Source: Dickeya solani IPO 2222
GTDB lineage: Bacteria; Pseudomonadota; Gammaproteobacteria; Enterobacterales; Enterobacteriaceae
Direction: 5' to 3'
Length of the DNA stretch: 32,000 nt
Assembly: GCF_001644705.1 (NCBI RefSeq)
Contig: NZ_CP015137.1
Location: 30,001-62,000, forward strand
A program made the translations under genes and the position numbers. The notes under the pieces are model-generated. The model made no database searches. It saw only the letters and a list, made by a program, of their open reading frames with translations, and was not told the origin of the DNA. Shown piece by piece: positions 1 to 7,815 of the stretch (position 1 is the first letter of the stretch; the number at the start of each line of letters is the position of its first letter).

Positions 1-752
1 GTCTGGTCGGCTTCGCCCTGTTGCTGGGCGGCCGCAAATTCGCCACCCAGTACGTCAATCTGGGCGGCATCAAGCAGTATCTGATGGCAATCTTCCCGCT
101 GGCGATACTGGTGCTGGTGTTTCCCGCCGCGTTGCCGGAAGGCAATTTCTCCGTGACGCAATCCATCATCATCGCGCTGATTTCCACCATGATGTACGGC
201 GTATTCCTGCTGATTCAGACCCGCACGCATCAGAATCTGTTTGTCTACGAGCACGAAGATGAAAGCGATGATGACAACCCGCACCACGGCAAACCCTCGG
301 CACACAGCTCCGCCTGGCATGCCATCTGGCTGTTGGTGCATTTGGTGGCGGTGATTGGCGTCACCAAAATGGATTCGCCGCAGTTGGAAGGGTTACTGGA
401 GGCGATGAATGCGCCGGCCCAGTTTACCGGTTTCCTGGTAGCGCTGCTGATCCTGTCGCCGGAAGGGCTGGGCGCCATCACCGCCGTACTGCGCAATCAG
501 GTACAACGCGCCATGAACCTGTTCTTCGGGTCGGTGCTGGCTACTATTTCGCTGACGGTACCCGCCGTGACGTTGATCGCCACCCTCACCGGCCGCTCCC
601 TACAGTTTTCGCTCGATCTGCCGCACATTGTGGTGATGCTGTCGGTGCTGGTGCTGTGCCATATTTCCTTTTCCACCGGTCGCACCAACGTCCTCAACGG
701 CAGCGCGCACCTGGCGCTATTCGCCGCTTACCTGATGACCATCATGCTGTAA
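1..752 (+). CDS. chaA: Ca2+/H+ antiporter ChaA, 3' portion (the gene starts upstream of the window)
   Basis: The frame is open from position 3; the track ORF at 21 only begins at an internal TTG. The translation [21 protein letters not shown]...[23 protein letters not shown]...[19 protein letters not shown]...[26 protein letters not shown] matches my memory of E. coli ChaA almost residue for residue, including the acidic loop. Confidence 0.9.
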   Translation, partial: LVGFALLLGGRKFATQYVNLGGIKQYLMAIFPLAILVLVFPAALPEGNFSVTQSIIIALISTMMYGVFLLIQTRTHQNLFVYEHEDESDDDNPHHGKPSAHSSAWHAIWLLVHLVAVIGVTKMDSPQLEGLLEAMNAPAQFTGFLVALLILSPEGLGAITAVLRNQVQRAMNLFFGSVLATISLTVPAVTLIATLTGRSLQFSLDLPHIVVMLSVLVLCHISFSTGRTNVLNGSAHLALFAAYLMTIML

Positions 753-761
753 GCGCCGCCG

Positions 762-787
762 CCGGTATCGCCGTTTTGCGATACCGG
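762..787 (+). terminator. Hairpin just after the chaA stop (possible terminator)
   Basis: CCGGTATCGC / CGTTTT loop / GCGATACCGG forms a perfect 10-bp stem 10 nt after the stop. The downstream tail is only moderately T-rich (CATCATGCTACTTATTCTT). Confidence 0.45.
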
Positions 788-1098
788 CATCATGCTACTT
801 ATTCTTGTCTACTCCTTATCGGTCTACCCTTTCCTGCCTGCGACTTCCTCCGCGTATCGGTAACGCAGCGGTTTATACGACGAGATCCTCTTCTTGTCCG
901 GAAAAATCCTTTCCATTGATTTACCGCTGGATCTGCGTCAAAAAACAGGCGTATGGTATCGGCTTTGGACTGTGTCCCACCGCGGCGGCTGCGCTTTTTA
1001 TTTTCACTTCTCCGGCAACCACCATAGGCGGCACATGCCCTGGCCGTGACGGGCCGCTATCGACCCGCCTGTTTTTCATTGTTTGGTTCTTGTTTTCC

Positions 1099-2814
1099 AT
1101 GAAATCACACCGAATTAACGGTATCAGACCGTTCAGCGCGCTGATTGAAGCCTGCTGGCGAGAAACGTACACACTGTCGCGTTTTACTCATGATGTTATT
1201 GCCGGGATTACCGTTGGGATCATCGCCATCCCGCTGGCGATGGCGCTGGCTATCGCCAGCGGCGTGCCCCCGCAGTATGGACTCTACACGTCGGCGATCG
1301 CCGGACTGGTGATCGCGCTGTGCGGCGGTTCTCGCTACAGCGTCTCCGGCCCTACCGCTGCATTTGTGGTTATCCTTCATCCCGTGTCCCAGCAGTTCGG
1401 CATCTCCGGCCTGCTGGTCGCCACCTTGCTCTCCGGCGTGTTTTTGCTGCTGATGGGCCTGTGTCGGCTGGGCCGGCTGATTGAATACATTCCTCTGCCG
1501 GTGACGCTCGGATTTACCTCCGGCATCGCCATCACTATCGCCACCATGCAGGTAAAAGATTTTTTCGGCCTGACCATGACCACGGTGCCGGAGCACTACG
1601 TTGAAAAAGCGACGGCGCTGGTACAGGCGCTGCCGACGCTGAACATCGGCGATACGCTGGTTGGCGCAACCACGCTGCTGGTGCTGGTAGTCTGGCCGAG
1701 GCTGGGTATTCGCCTGCCGGGTCATCTCCCCGCGCTGTTGATGGGTACCGCCGTGATGGGCGTGTTGTCACGGTTTCATATGGACGTGGCGACCATCGGC
1801 TCGCGTTTCAGCTATCTGCTGGCCGACGGCAGCCACGGTCAGGGGATCCCGGCGATTCTGCCGCAGTTTTTACTGCCGTGGAACATTCCCGCGCCGGACG
1901 GCCACACCATGACGCTGAGCTGGAAAAGCCTGTCCGATCTGTTGCCCGCCGCGTTTTCTATGGCGATGCTCGGCGCCATCGAGTCGCTGTTGTGCGCAGT
2001 GGTGCTGGACGGCATGACCGGACGCAAGCACCATCCCAGCAGCGAATTGATCGGCCAGGGCATCGGCAACATGGTGGCGCCGTTCTTCGGCGGCATCACC
2101 GCCACCGCCGCCATCGCCCGCTCCGCCGCTAACGTGCGGGCGGGCGCGACCTCGCCCGTCGCGGCGGTGATCCACGCCGGTCTGGTGCTGTTGTCCCTGC
2201 TGATGCTGGCGCCCTGGCTCTCTTATCTGCCGCTGTCGGCGATGGCTTCCCTGCTGTTGTTGGTGGCGTGGAACATGAGCGAGGCGCATAAGGTCGTCTA
2301 CCTGCTGCGCCACGCGCCGCGGGACGATATTCTGGTGTTGGTGCTGTGTATGGCATTAACCGTACTGTTCGATATGGTGATTGCCATTACGGTGGGAATT
2401 GTGCTGGCGTCGTTGCTGTTTATGGGCAATGTGGCTCGCATGACACGGCTGAGCGAACTGCCGGGCACCATCGCGAATCGGCGGCTGGTGCTGCGCATTA
2501 ACGGGCCGCTGTTTTTCGCCGCGGCGGAGCGCCTGTTCAATGAACTGATGGAGCGCGCCCAGCCTTACCCGACGGTTATCCTGCAGTGGGACGCCGTGTC
2601 GGTGCTGGATGCCGGCGGCCTTAACGCTTTCCGCCATTTTGTGGAATTGCTGCCGCCGGAAAAACAGCTGATCATTACCGATATCCCGTTCCAGCCGCTC
2701 AAAACACTGGCCCGGGCTAAGGTTACGCCGATCGCCAACCGGCTGGTTTTCTACGCGACGCTGGAACAGGCGCTGGCGGAAACCACGCCCCACCCTGACG
2801 CCCTCGAATCCTGA
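1099..2814 (+). CDS. dauA: SulP-family C4-dicarboxylate/anion transporter with C-terminal STAS domain (DauA/YchM)
   Basis: From the ATG at 1099 the protein [64 protein letters not shown]... aligns by eye with E. coli DauA ([52 protein letters not shown]...) along its whole length. The 805..1098 part of the track ORF has no counterpart. Confidence 0.9.
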   Translation: MKSHRINGIRPFSALIEACWRETYTLSRFTHDVIAGITVGIIAIPLAMALAIASGVPPQYGLYTSAIAGLVIALCGGSRYSVSGPTAAFVVILHPVSQQFGISGLLVATLLSGVFLLLMGLCRLGRLIEYIPLPVTLGFTSGIAITIATMQVKDFFGLTMTTVPEHYVEKATALVQALPTLNIGDTLVGATTLLVLVVWPRLGIRLPGHLPALLMGTAVMGVLSRFHMDVATIGSRFSYLLADGSHGQGIPAILPQFLLPWNIPAPDGHTMTLSWKSLSDLLPAAFSMAMLGAIESLLCAVVLDGMTGRKHHPSSELIGQGIGNMVAPFFGGITATAAIARSAANVRAGATSPVAAVIHAGLVLLSLLMLAPWLSYLPLSAMASLLLLVAWNMSEAHKVVYLLRHAPRDDILVLVLCMALTVLFDMVIAITVGIVLASLLFMGNVARMTRLSELPGTIANRRLVLRINGPLFFAAAERLFNELMERAQPYPTVILQWDAVSVLDAGGLNAFRHFVELLPPEKQLIITDIPFQPLKTLARAKVTPIANRLVFYATLEQALAETTPHPDALES

Positions 2815-2869
2815 CCTCTCGCCGGCTTCCGCATTGCGCGGGGGCCGGCAACACCCTGCCGCAAGGAGT

Positions 2870-3310
2870 TCAACAGAACAGCCCGGCCGATGTCGTCGGC
2901 GTCGCAGCGCGCACCGACAGGCACTCCGCATGCTGGCTCAACGCCAGTTCATGATCGCGGCAAGCCTGCCCTATCGCCTGCAACTGCTCGCCGGACAGCG
3001 CATACGGCAATCGGATGTCCAGCTCCATGACCCCTTGCTGGCGCGCCAGTGTAATCAGACGGGAAAGATTGGTTTCATCGCTGGCCTGGGTAGACAACAC
3101 CTGCATCGCCAGTTCCAGCAGTTTATCCTTACCAGCGCTCCCGACAACCACGGGTGACTTGGTCACCATGCCGAAAATCGGCATCACACCGTACAGCGCG
3201 TCGATAAAGCGCCAGCGCTTACGGCACAGCGCGCCAAGGTACGCGGTATAATCAATGCACATTCGTTCACTTTCAGAGGAGCCCGCAGGCCCGGAATGAG
3301 CCTCTTCCAT
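2870..3310 (-). CDS. Hypothetical 146-aa cytoplasmic protein, divergent from rstA
   Basis: ORF on the minus strand. The ATG at 3310 is preceded by AAGGAG 7 nt upstream (minus-strand reading ...GGAAAGGAGAAAAAGGATGGAAGAG). There is no signal peptide or TM segment, and I do not recognise the family (MEEAHSGPAGSSESERMCIDYTAYLGALCRKRWRFIDALYGVMPIFGMVTKSPVVVGSAGKDKLLELA...). Confidence 0.5.
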   Translation of the reverse strand: MEEAHSGPAGSSESERMCIDYTAYLGALCRKRWRFIDALYGVMPIFGMVTKSPVVVGSAGKDKLLELAMQVLSTQASDETNLSRLITLARQQGVMELDIRLPYALSGEQLQAIGQACRDHELALSQHAECLSVRAATPTTSAGLFC

Positions 3311-3549
3311 CCTTTTTCTCCTTTCCGTCAACCGACCGTTGGCGTCACGCCATTTCACTCAACCATTACAACGTAAAAAGGATTAATAAGGTATAGTATC
3401 TCCAATAATTGTAGAGCTATTAGGCAAAAGCAGGGACTTTTCTGCTGGCAATGCGATCCAGCGCACCCTACGCTTGCGTCGTAGCCGCCCATGCCGTCAG
3501 ACAGCGTCGGCATGGGCCATAATACGCGTTCTGTTGTGAGTGGGATGTC

Positions 3550-4293
3550 ATGTATAAAGTTGTTTTTGTTGAAGATGATCCGGAAGTCGGCAAATTGATC
3601 GCAGCCTATCTGGGCAAACATGATATCGATGTGCGCATTGAGCCGCGCGGCGATAACGCGCTGGCATTCATCGAAGAACAACAGCCCGACCTGGTGTTGC
3701 TGGACATCATGCTGCCCGGCAAAGATGGTATGACGATTTGCCGGGAGCTGCGCCCCCGTTTCACCGGCCCGATCGTACTGCTCACCTCGCTCGACAGCGA
3801 CATGAACCACATCCTGTCGCTGGAAATGGGCGCCGATGACTATATTCTGAAAACCACGCCGCCGGCGGTGCTGCTGGCGCGCTTGCGCTTGCATTTCCGT
3901 CAGTACGCCGCCGCGCCGCAGCCGGCGGTAGAAAAAAGCGCGCCGGTGAAAACGCAGGTTCAGGTGCATAAATCGCTGCACTTTGGCCTGTTGTGCATCG
4001 ACCCGGTCAACCGCGACGTCACGCTGGCGGACGAGAATATCGCCCTCTCCACATCGGATTTCGACCTGCTGTGGCTGCTGGCCACCCACGCCGGGCAGAT
4101 CATGGACCGTGAAGCGCTGCTTAAAGCGCTGCGCGGCGTCAGTTACGACGGGATGGATCGCAGTATCGACGTCGCCATTTCCCGCCTGCGCAAAAAACTG
4201 TACGACAACGCGCTGGAACCGGTGCGTATCAAAACCATCCGCAACAAAGGCTACCTGTTCGCCCCTAATGCCTGGGAGACGCTTGCGCCATGA
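3550..4293 (+). CDS. rstA: OmpR-family response regulator RstA
   Basis: MYKVVFVEDDPEVGKLIAAYLGKHDIDV...LLDIMLPGKDGMTICRELR...LTSLDSDMNHILSLEMGADDYILKTTPPAVLLARLRLH...SYDGMDRSIDVAISRLRKKL...IRNKGYLFAP is near-identical in long stretches to E. coli RstA as I remember it. The stop overlaps the rstB start (ATGA at 4290-4293). Confidence 0.93.
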   Translation: MYKVVFVEDDPEVGKLIAAYLGKHDIDVRIEPRGDNALAFIEEQQPDLVLLDIMLPGKDGMTICRELRPRFTGPIVLLTSLDSDMNHILSLEMGADDYILKTTPPAVLLARLRLHFRQYAAAPQPAVEKSAPVKTQVQVHKSLHFGLLCIDPVNRDVTLADENIALSTSDFDLLWLLATHAGQIMDREALLKALRGVSYDGMDRSIDVAISRLRKKLYDNALEPVRIKTIRNKGYLFAPNAWETLAP

Positions 4294-5645
4294 AAAAACT
4301 GTTCATTCAGTTCTTTCTGTTGCTGTTCGCCAGCTTTTTGGTAATGACCCTGCTAGTGGGGCTGGTATACAAAGTCACGGCGGAACGGGCCGGGCGCCAG
4401 TCGATGGATGACCTGATGAAAAGCTCGCTGTATCTGATCCGCAACGAGCTGCGCTCCATTCCGCCACGAGAGTGGCACAAGACCATCAACCAGATGGACC
4501 TTAACCTGTCGTTCAAGTTGCACATTGAGCCAATCAGCAAGTACCGGCTTAGCACACAAGCGCAGCAGCGGCTGATTCAGGGGGAAATCGTCGCGCTGGA
4601 CGACGAGTACACCTTCATCCAGCGCATTCCGCGCAGTCACTATGTGCTGGCGGTCGGCCCGATTCCCTATTTGTTCTTCCTGCACGAAATCCGACTGGTC
4701 AACCTGCTGTTTTTGGCGTTGATCGGTCTGTCGCTGGCGCTGCCGGTGTTCCTGTGGATGCGCCCGCACTGGAAAGCGATGCTGCAACTGGAAAGCGCCG
4801 CGCAACGACTGGGAGACGGCCATCTGGAAGAACGCACCCACTTTGATAATACCTCCAGCCTGTTCCGACTCGGTGTGGCGTTCAACCGTATGGCTGACAA
4901 CCTCAACCAGTTGATTACCAGTAAAAAACAGCTGATCGACAATATCGCCCACGAGCTGCGTACGCCGCTGGTCCGGCTGCGCTACCGGCTGGCGATGAGC
5001 GACAACCTGACCGACGAAGAACAGGAAGCCATCAACCGCGATGTCGGCCAGTTGGAAGCGTTGATCGATGAGCTACTGACCTACGCCCGCCTTGACCGGC
5101 CGCAGGTAACGCTGCATCTGGAAGAGATCGACCTGTCGCAATGGCTGCAAAAGCGAATCGAGGATTTCCGGCTGGTGCACGACGATAAACAGATTGAGCT
5201 GGACGTCACCGGCGATAACGGCTTCGGCTATATGGACCTACGTCTGATGGAGCGGGTGTTAAACAATCTGGTCAATAACGGTTTGCGTTTCTGCCAGCAC
5301 CGCCTGCGGGTGGGGTTGACGCTCGACCAACATACCGCCTACCTGCAGGTGGAGGATGACGGGCCGGGCATCGCGCCGGAAGACCGCGCACATATCTTCG
5401 AACCCTTCATCCGGTTGGAAGCCGGCATCGAAAACAGCAGCGGCGGCTGCGGCCTGGGGCTGGCGATTGTTCACGCCATCGTCCGTGCATACAACGGCAC
5501 GATCGAAGTCGACAGCAGCCCGCTGGGCGGCGCCCGCTTCCTGTTCCGCTGGCCGATTATCGAGCATAAACCGTCGTCAAATTCTTCGTCTGCGAACCTT
5601 GTACAAACCGTTACACGCGGAAACCAAACACTCACAGATCGCTAG
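4290..5645 (+). CDS. rstB: Sensor histidine kinase RstB
   Basis: MKKLFIQFFLLLFASFLVMTLLVGLVYKVTAERAGRQS... matches the E. coli RstB N-terminus. It has two TM segments, the H-box IAHELRTPLVRLRYRL, and ATP-binding motifs DDGPGI and GGCGLGLAIV. It is translationally coupled to rstA. Confidence 0.93.
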   Translation: MKKLFIQFFLLLFASFLVMTLLVGLVYKVTAERAGRQSMDDLMKSSLYLIRNELRSIPPREWHKTINQMDLNLSFKLHIEPISKYRLSTQAQQRLIQGEIVALDDEYTFIQRIPRSHYVLAVGPIPYLFFLHEIRLVNLLFLALIGLSLALPVFLWMRPHWKAMLQLESAAQRLGDGHLEERTHFDNTSSLFRLGVAFNRMADNLNQLITSKKQLIDNIAHELRTPLVRLRYRLAMSDNLTDEEQEAINRDVGQLEALIDELLTYARLDRPQVTLHLEEIDLSQWLQKRIEDFRLVHDDKQIELDVTGDNGFGYMDLRLMERVLNNLVNNGLRFCQHRLRVGLTLDQHTAYLQVEDDGPGIAPEDRAHIFEPFIRLEAGIENSSGGCGLGLAIVHAIVRAYNGTIEVDSSPLGGARFLFRWPIIEHKPSSNSSSANLVQTVTRGNQTLTDR

Positions 5646-5720
5646 CTTATGTTCTCCTATGCTTCAGTCATCGGCCCACCCTGGGGTTCGAAACGTGAAC
5701 TGGATAATGAGGAATTTACG

Positions 5721-6347
5721 ATGAATAAATTTTTAGTGATGATCGCAGGTGCGGCTCTGGGTCTGTCCTCTGTAGCTTTCGCAGCGGGTACCACTGCTCC
5801 GGCAGCTGCTCCGGCCACTGCTACTACTACTGCTGCTCCGGCTAACACTGCTGATACGACCAAAAAACCGGTGAAGAAAAAAGTAGAGAAGAAAAAAGCA
5901 GCGCAGAAAGCTCAGGCAACTAAGAAGAAAGTGAAAAAGCCGGCTCAGAAAGCTCAGGCCACCAAGAAAAAAGTGAAAAAGCCGGCTCAGAAAGCTCAGG
6001 CCACCAAGAAAAAAGTGAAAAAACCGGCTCAGAAAGCTCAGGCCACTAAGAAAAAAGTGAAAAAACCGGCTCAGAAAGCTCAGGCCACTAAGAAAAAAGT
6101 GAAAAAACCGGCTCAGAAAGCTCAGGCCACCAAGAAAAAAGTGAAAAAACCGGCTCAGAAAGCTCAGGCCGCTAAGAAAAAAGTGAAAAAACCGGCTCAG
6201 AAAGCTCAGGCTGCCAAGAAAAAAGTGAAAAAACCGGCTCAGAAAGCTCAGGCTGCCAAGAAAAAAGTGAAAAAACCGGCTCAGAAAGCTCAGGCTGCCA
6301 AGAAAAAAGTGAAAAAAGCTAAGAAAGTCGCTACTCCGGCTGCTTAA
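5721..6347 (+). CDS. asr: Acid shock protein Asr, repeat-expanded (208 aa; periplasmic, Lys/Ala/Gln-rich)
   Basis: The ATG at 5721 has GAGGA 8 nt upstream. The signal peptide MNKFLVMIAGAALGLSSVAFA and the T/A/P-rich stretch followed by KKPAQKAQA(T/A)KKKV repeats resemble E. coli Asr (MKKVLALVVAAAMGLSSAAFAAETTTTPAPTATTT...AAPAQKAQAAKKHHK...EQKAQAAKKH...). Synteny with ydgD supports the call. Confidence 0.85.
   Translation: MNKFLVMIAGAALGLSSVAFAAGTTAPAAAPATATTTAAPANTADTTKKPVKKKVEKKKAAQKAQATKKKVKKPAQKAQATKKKVKKPAQKAQATKKKVKKPAQKAQATKKKVKKPAQKAQATKKKVKKPAQKAQATKKKVKKPAQKAQAAKKKVKKPAQKAQAAKKKVKKPAQKAQAAKKKVKKPAQKAQAAKKKVKKAKKVATPAA
5898..6317 (+). repeat. Ten tandem 42-bp (14-codon) units inside asr
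   Basis: CCGGCTCAG recurs at 5940, 5982, 6024, 6066, 6108, 6150, 6192, 6234 and 6276, an exact 42-bp period, and one degenerate unit starts at 5898. The first six units encode ...KAQAT...; the last four encode ...KAQAA.... Units differ by only 1-3 nt. Confidence 0.97.
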
Positions 6348-6404
6348 TTCACTCAAATGGTCATGAACACCGGTAACCACTACCGACATGATAATAGCGT
6401 TATC

Positions 6405-6433
6405 AAACACCCGGTTCGCCGGGTGTTTGTTTC
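6405..6433 (+). terminator. Rho-independent terminator of asr
   Basis: AAACACCCGG / TTCG / CCGGGTGTTT forms a perfect 10-bp stem with a tetraloop, followed by GTTTC. Confidence 0.8.
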
Positions 6434-6447
6434 ATGGGGACCGGATA

Positions 6448-6528
6448 ATGCTGCGACGCTACTCATTTGAAATCGTGCTGTCCTTCCTGCTTATCTGTGC
6501 GCTGGTCATCGTGGTGTTTTTCTTATAA
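6448..6528 (+). CDS. Small hydrophobic 26-aa protein (single TM), positioned like E. coli ydgU
   Basis: ATG at 6448 with GGGGA 7 nt upstream. The translation is MLRRYSFEIVLSFLLICALVIVVFFL, ending at TAA 6526-6528. It lies between asr and ydgD, where I recall the 27-aa small membrane protein YdgU sits in E. coli. It is too short for the ORF track. Confidence 0.45.
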   Translation: MLRRYSFEIVLSFLLICALVIVVFFL

Positions 6529-6682
6529 CTCGATTTCACTCTCACCTGCGTGCTCAAACCGGGTCATCCGATTCACCTGACCAACCAATCTGTCGTTTCC
6601 TGCCTGATTCCGGCATGCTACGTTTATAGTGGATTGATGACGGTTAATACGCTGAATTTCATCTTTAAAGGCTATTCATTAC

Positions 6683-7501
6683 ATGCGCATATCAGCCTGG
6701 TTGTTATGTTCATTAAGCGTGCTCGCCTCTTCCGCGTGGGCCGATAACGATCCGTCGGCCACGACGGAACAGCAAAAACAGACACTGTTCTTTAATCATG
6801 ATGATCGCGACAAAGTGCCGGACACCGCGCAATGGCCGTGGCAGGCCATTGGTCAACTGGAAACCGCCAGCGGCAACCTTTGCACCGCGACGCTGATCTC
6901 ACCGCATCTGGCGTTGACCGCCGGCCACTGCGTGGTAGCACCGCCCGGCGTACCGGATAAACCGGTGGCGCTGCGCTTTCTGGCAACGGAAAACGGCTGG
7001 CGCTACGAGACCGATAAAATTGAAGCGCTGACCAATAAAAAACTGGCCAGAATGCTAAAAGCAGACGGCGACGGCTGGATCGTCCCGCCTTCCGCCGCGC
7101 CGTGGGATTTCGCGCTGATCCGCCTCAAACAGACCCCGCCGGGTATTCGCCCATTGCCGATCTGGCAGGGAACGCAGGAAGAACTGAAGGCGGCGCTGGC
7201 AGCCGCGCAGCAGAAGGTCACCCAGGCCGGTTACCCGGAAGACCACCAGGACACGCTGTACCGCCATCAGGATTGTTTGATTACCGGCTGGGTCCATAAA
7301 GCAGTGATGGCGCATCGCTGTGACACTCTACCGGGCGACAGCGGTTCGCCGCTGATGCTGAAAACCGCCGGCAGTTGGGTGCTGATGGGCATTCAGAGTT
7401 CCGCGCCGGACGCCAGCAACCGCGACCTCGCCGACAACCGCGCCGTGGCAGTCACCGCCATCCGCCAGCAACTGGAAGCGATGTCTAAAGGGGAGCGTTG
7501 A
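6683..7501 (+). CDS. ydgD: Periplasmic trypsin-like (S1) serine protease YdgD
   Basis: Signal peptide MRISAWLLCSLSVLASSAWA. The catalytic triad motifs are LTAGHC (His), WDFALIRL (Asp) and GDSGSPL (Ser). The length (272 aa) and the position next to asr match E. coli YdgD. Confidence 0.85.
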   Translation: MRISAWLLCSLSVLASSAWADNDPSATTEQQKQTLFFNHDDRDKVPDTAQWPWQAIGQLETASGNLCTATLISPHLALTAGHCVVAPPGVPDKPVALRFLATENGWRYETDKIEALTNKKLARMLKADGDGWIVPPSAAPWDFALIRLKQTPPGIRPLPIWQGTQEELKAALAAAQQKVTQAGYPEDHQDTLYRHQDCLITGWVHKAVMAHRCDTLPGDSGSPLMLKTAGSWVLMGIQSSAPDASNRDLADNRAVAVTAIRQQLEAMSKGER

Positions 7502-7508
7502 TTTTGCC

Positions 7509-7536
7509 TGCCGGTATTTCAAATGGAATACCGGCA
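7509..7536 (+). terminator. Hairpin after ydgD (possible terminator, no U-tract)
   Basis: TGCCGGTATT / 8-nt loop / AATACCGGCA forms a perfect 10-bp stem 8 nt after the stop. No T-run follows, so its function is uncertain. Confidence 0.4.
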
Positions 7537-7815
7537 AACCTATAGCCGGTCATACGGTCATAACGCCCACAAACACAACCCCATCTTCACTGTCTGTGCG
7601 CCATCCCTTCCTTCCCGCTTTAACCATTAACGGATTGTTAATGACTTTAACCATCTCTAATACCTTGGGGTAACACGATTATACCTTTCATTGATAAGTT
7701 GAAACTTATCTTTCAGTGAAGCGATCCAGCCACCTGAATAACCCTCTTTATCTCTCTATAAACGAATACTCCAAGAAGGATATCAATAAGTTACATTTTT
7801 CTTTTAGGGAGCATC

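Noticed and set aside
740-796. 9-bp direct repeat CATCATGCT (740-748 and 788-796) flanking the chaA stop codon and its hairpin; considered as target-site duplication of a tiny inserted palindromic element.
   Set aside because: This is a single instance with only 9 bp of identity. I cannot recall the exact ChaA C-terminus well enough to tell whether the stop was displaced. It could be chance or another partial stop-spanning duplication, and the evidence is not strong enough to call a mobile element.
805-1098. N-terminal extension of the SulP transporter ORF (the track start at 805 gives 669 aa).
   Set aside because: Homology to DauA begins at the Met at 1099. The extension is Cys/Arg/Pro-rich, non-membrane and has no counterpart.
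3355-4089. 244-aa minus-strand ORF overlapping rstA and its promoter.
   Set aside because: This is an antisense shadow of rstA with an Arg/Gln/His-rich nonsense composition.
5733-6410. 225-aa minus-strand ORF with striking FFHFFLGSLSFLSR repeats.
   Set aside because: It is simply the reverse-complement reading of the asr 42-bp repeat array. The asr frame has a signal peptide, an SD, a terminator and homology; the antisense frame has none.
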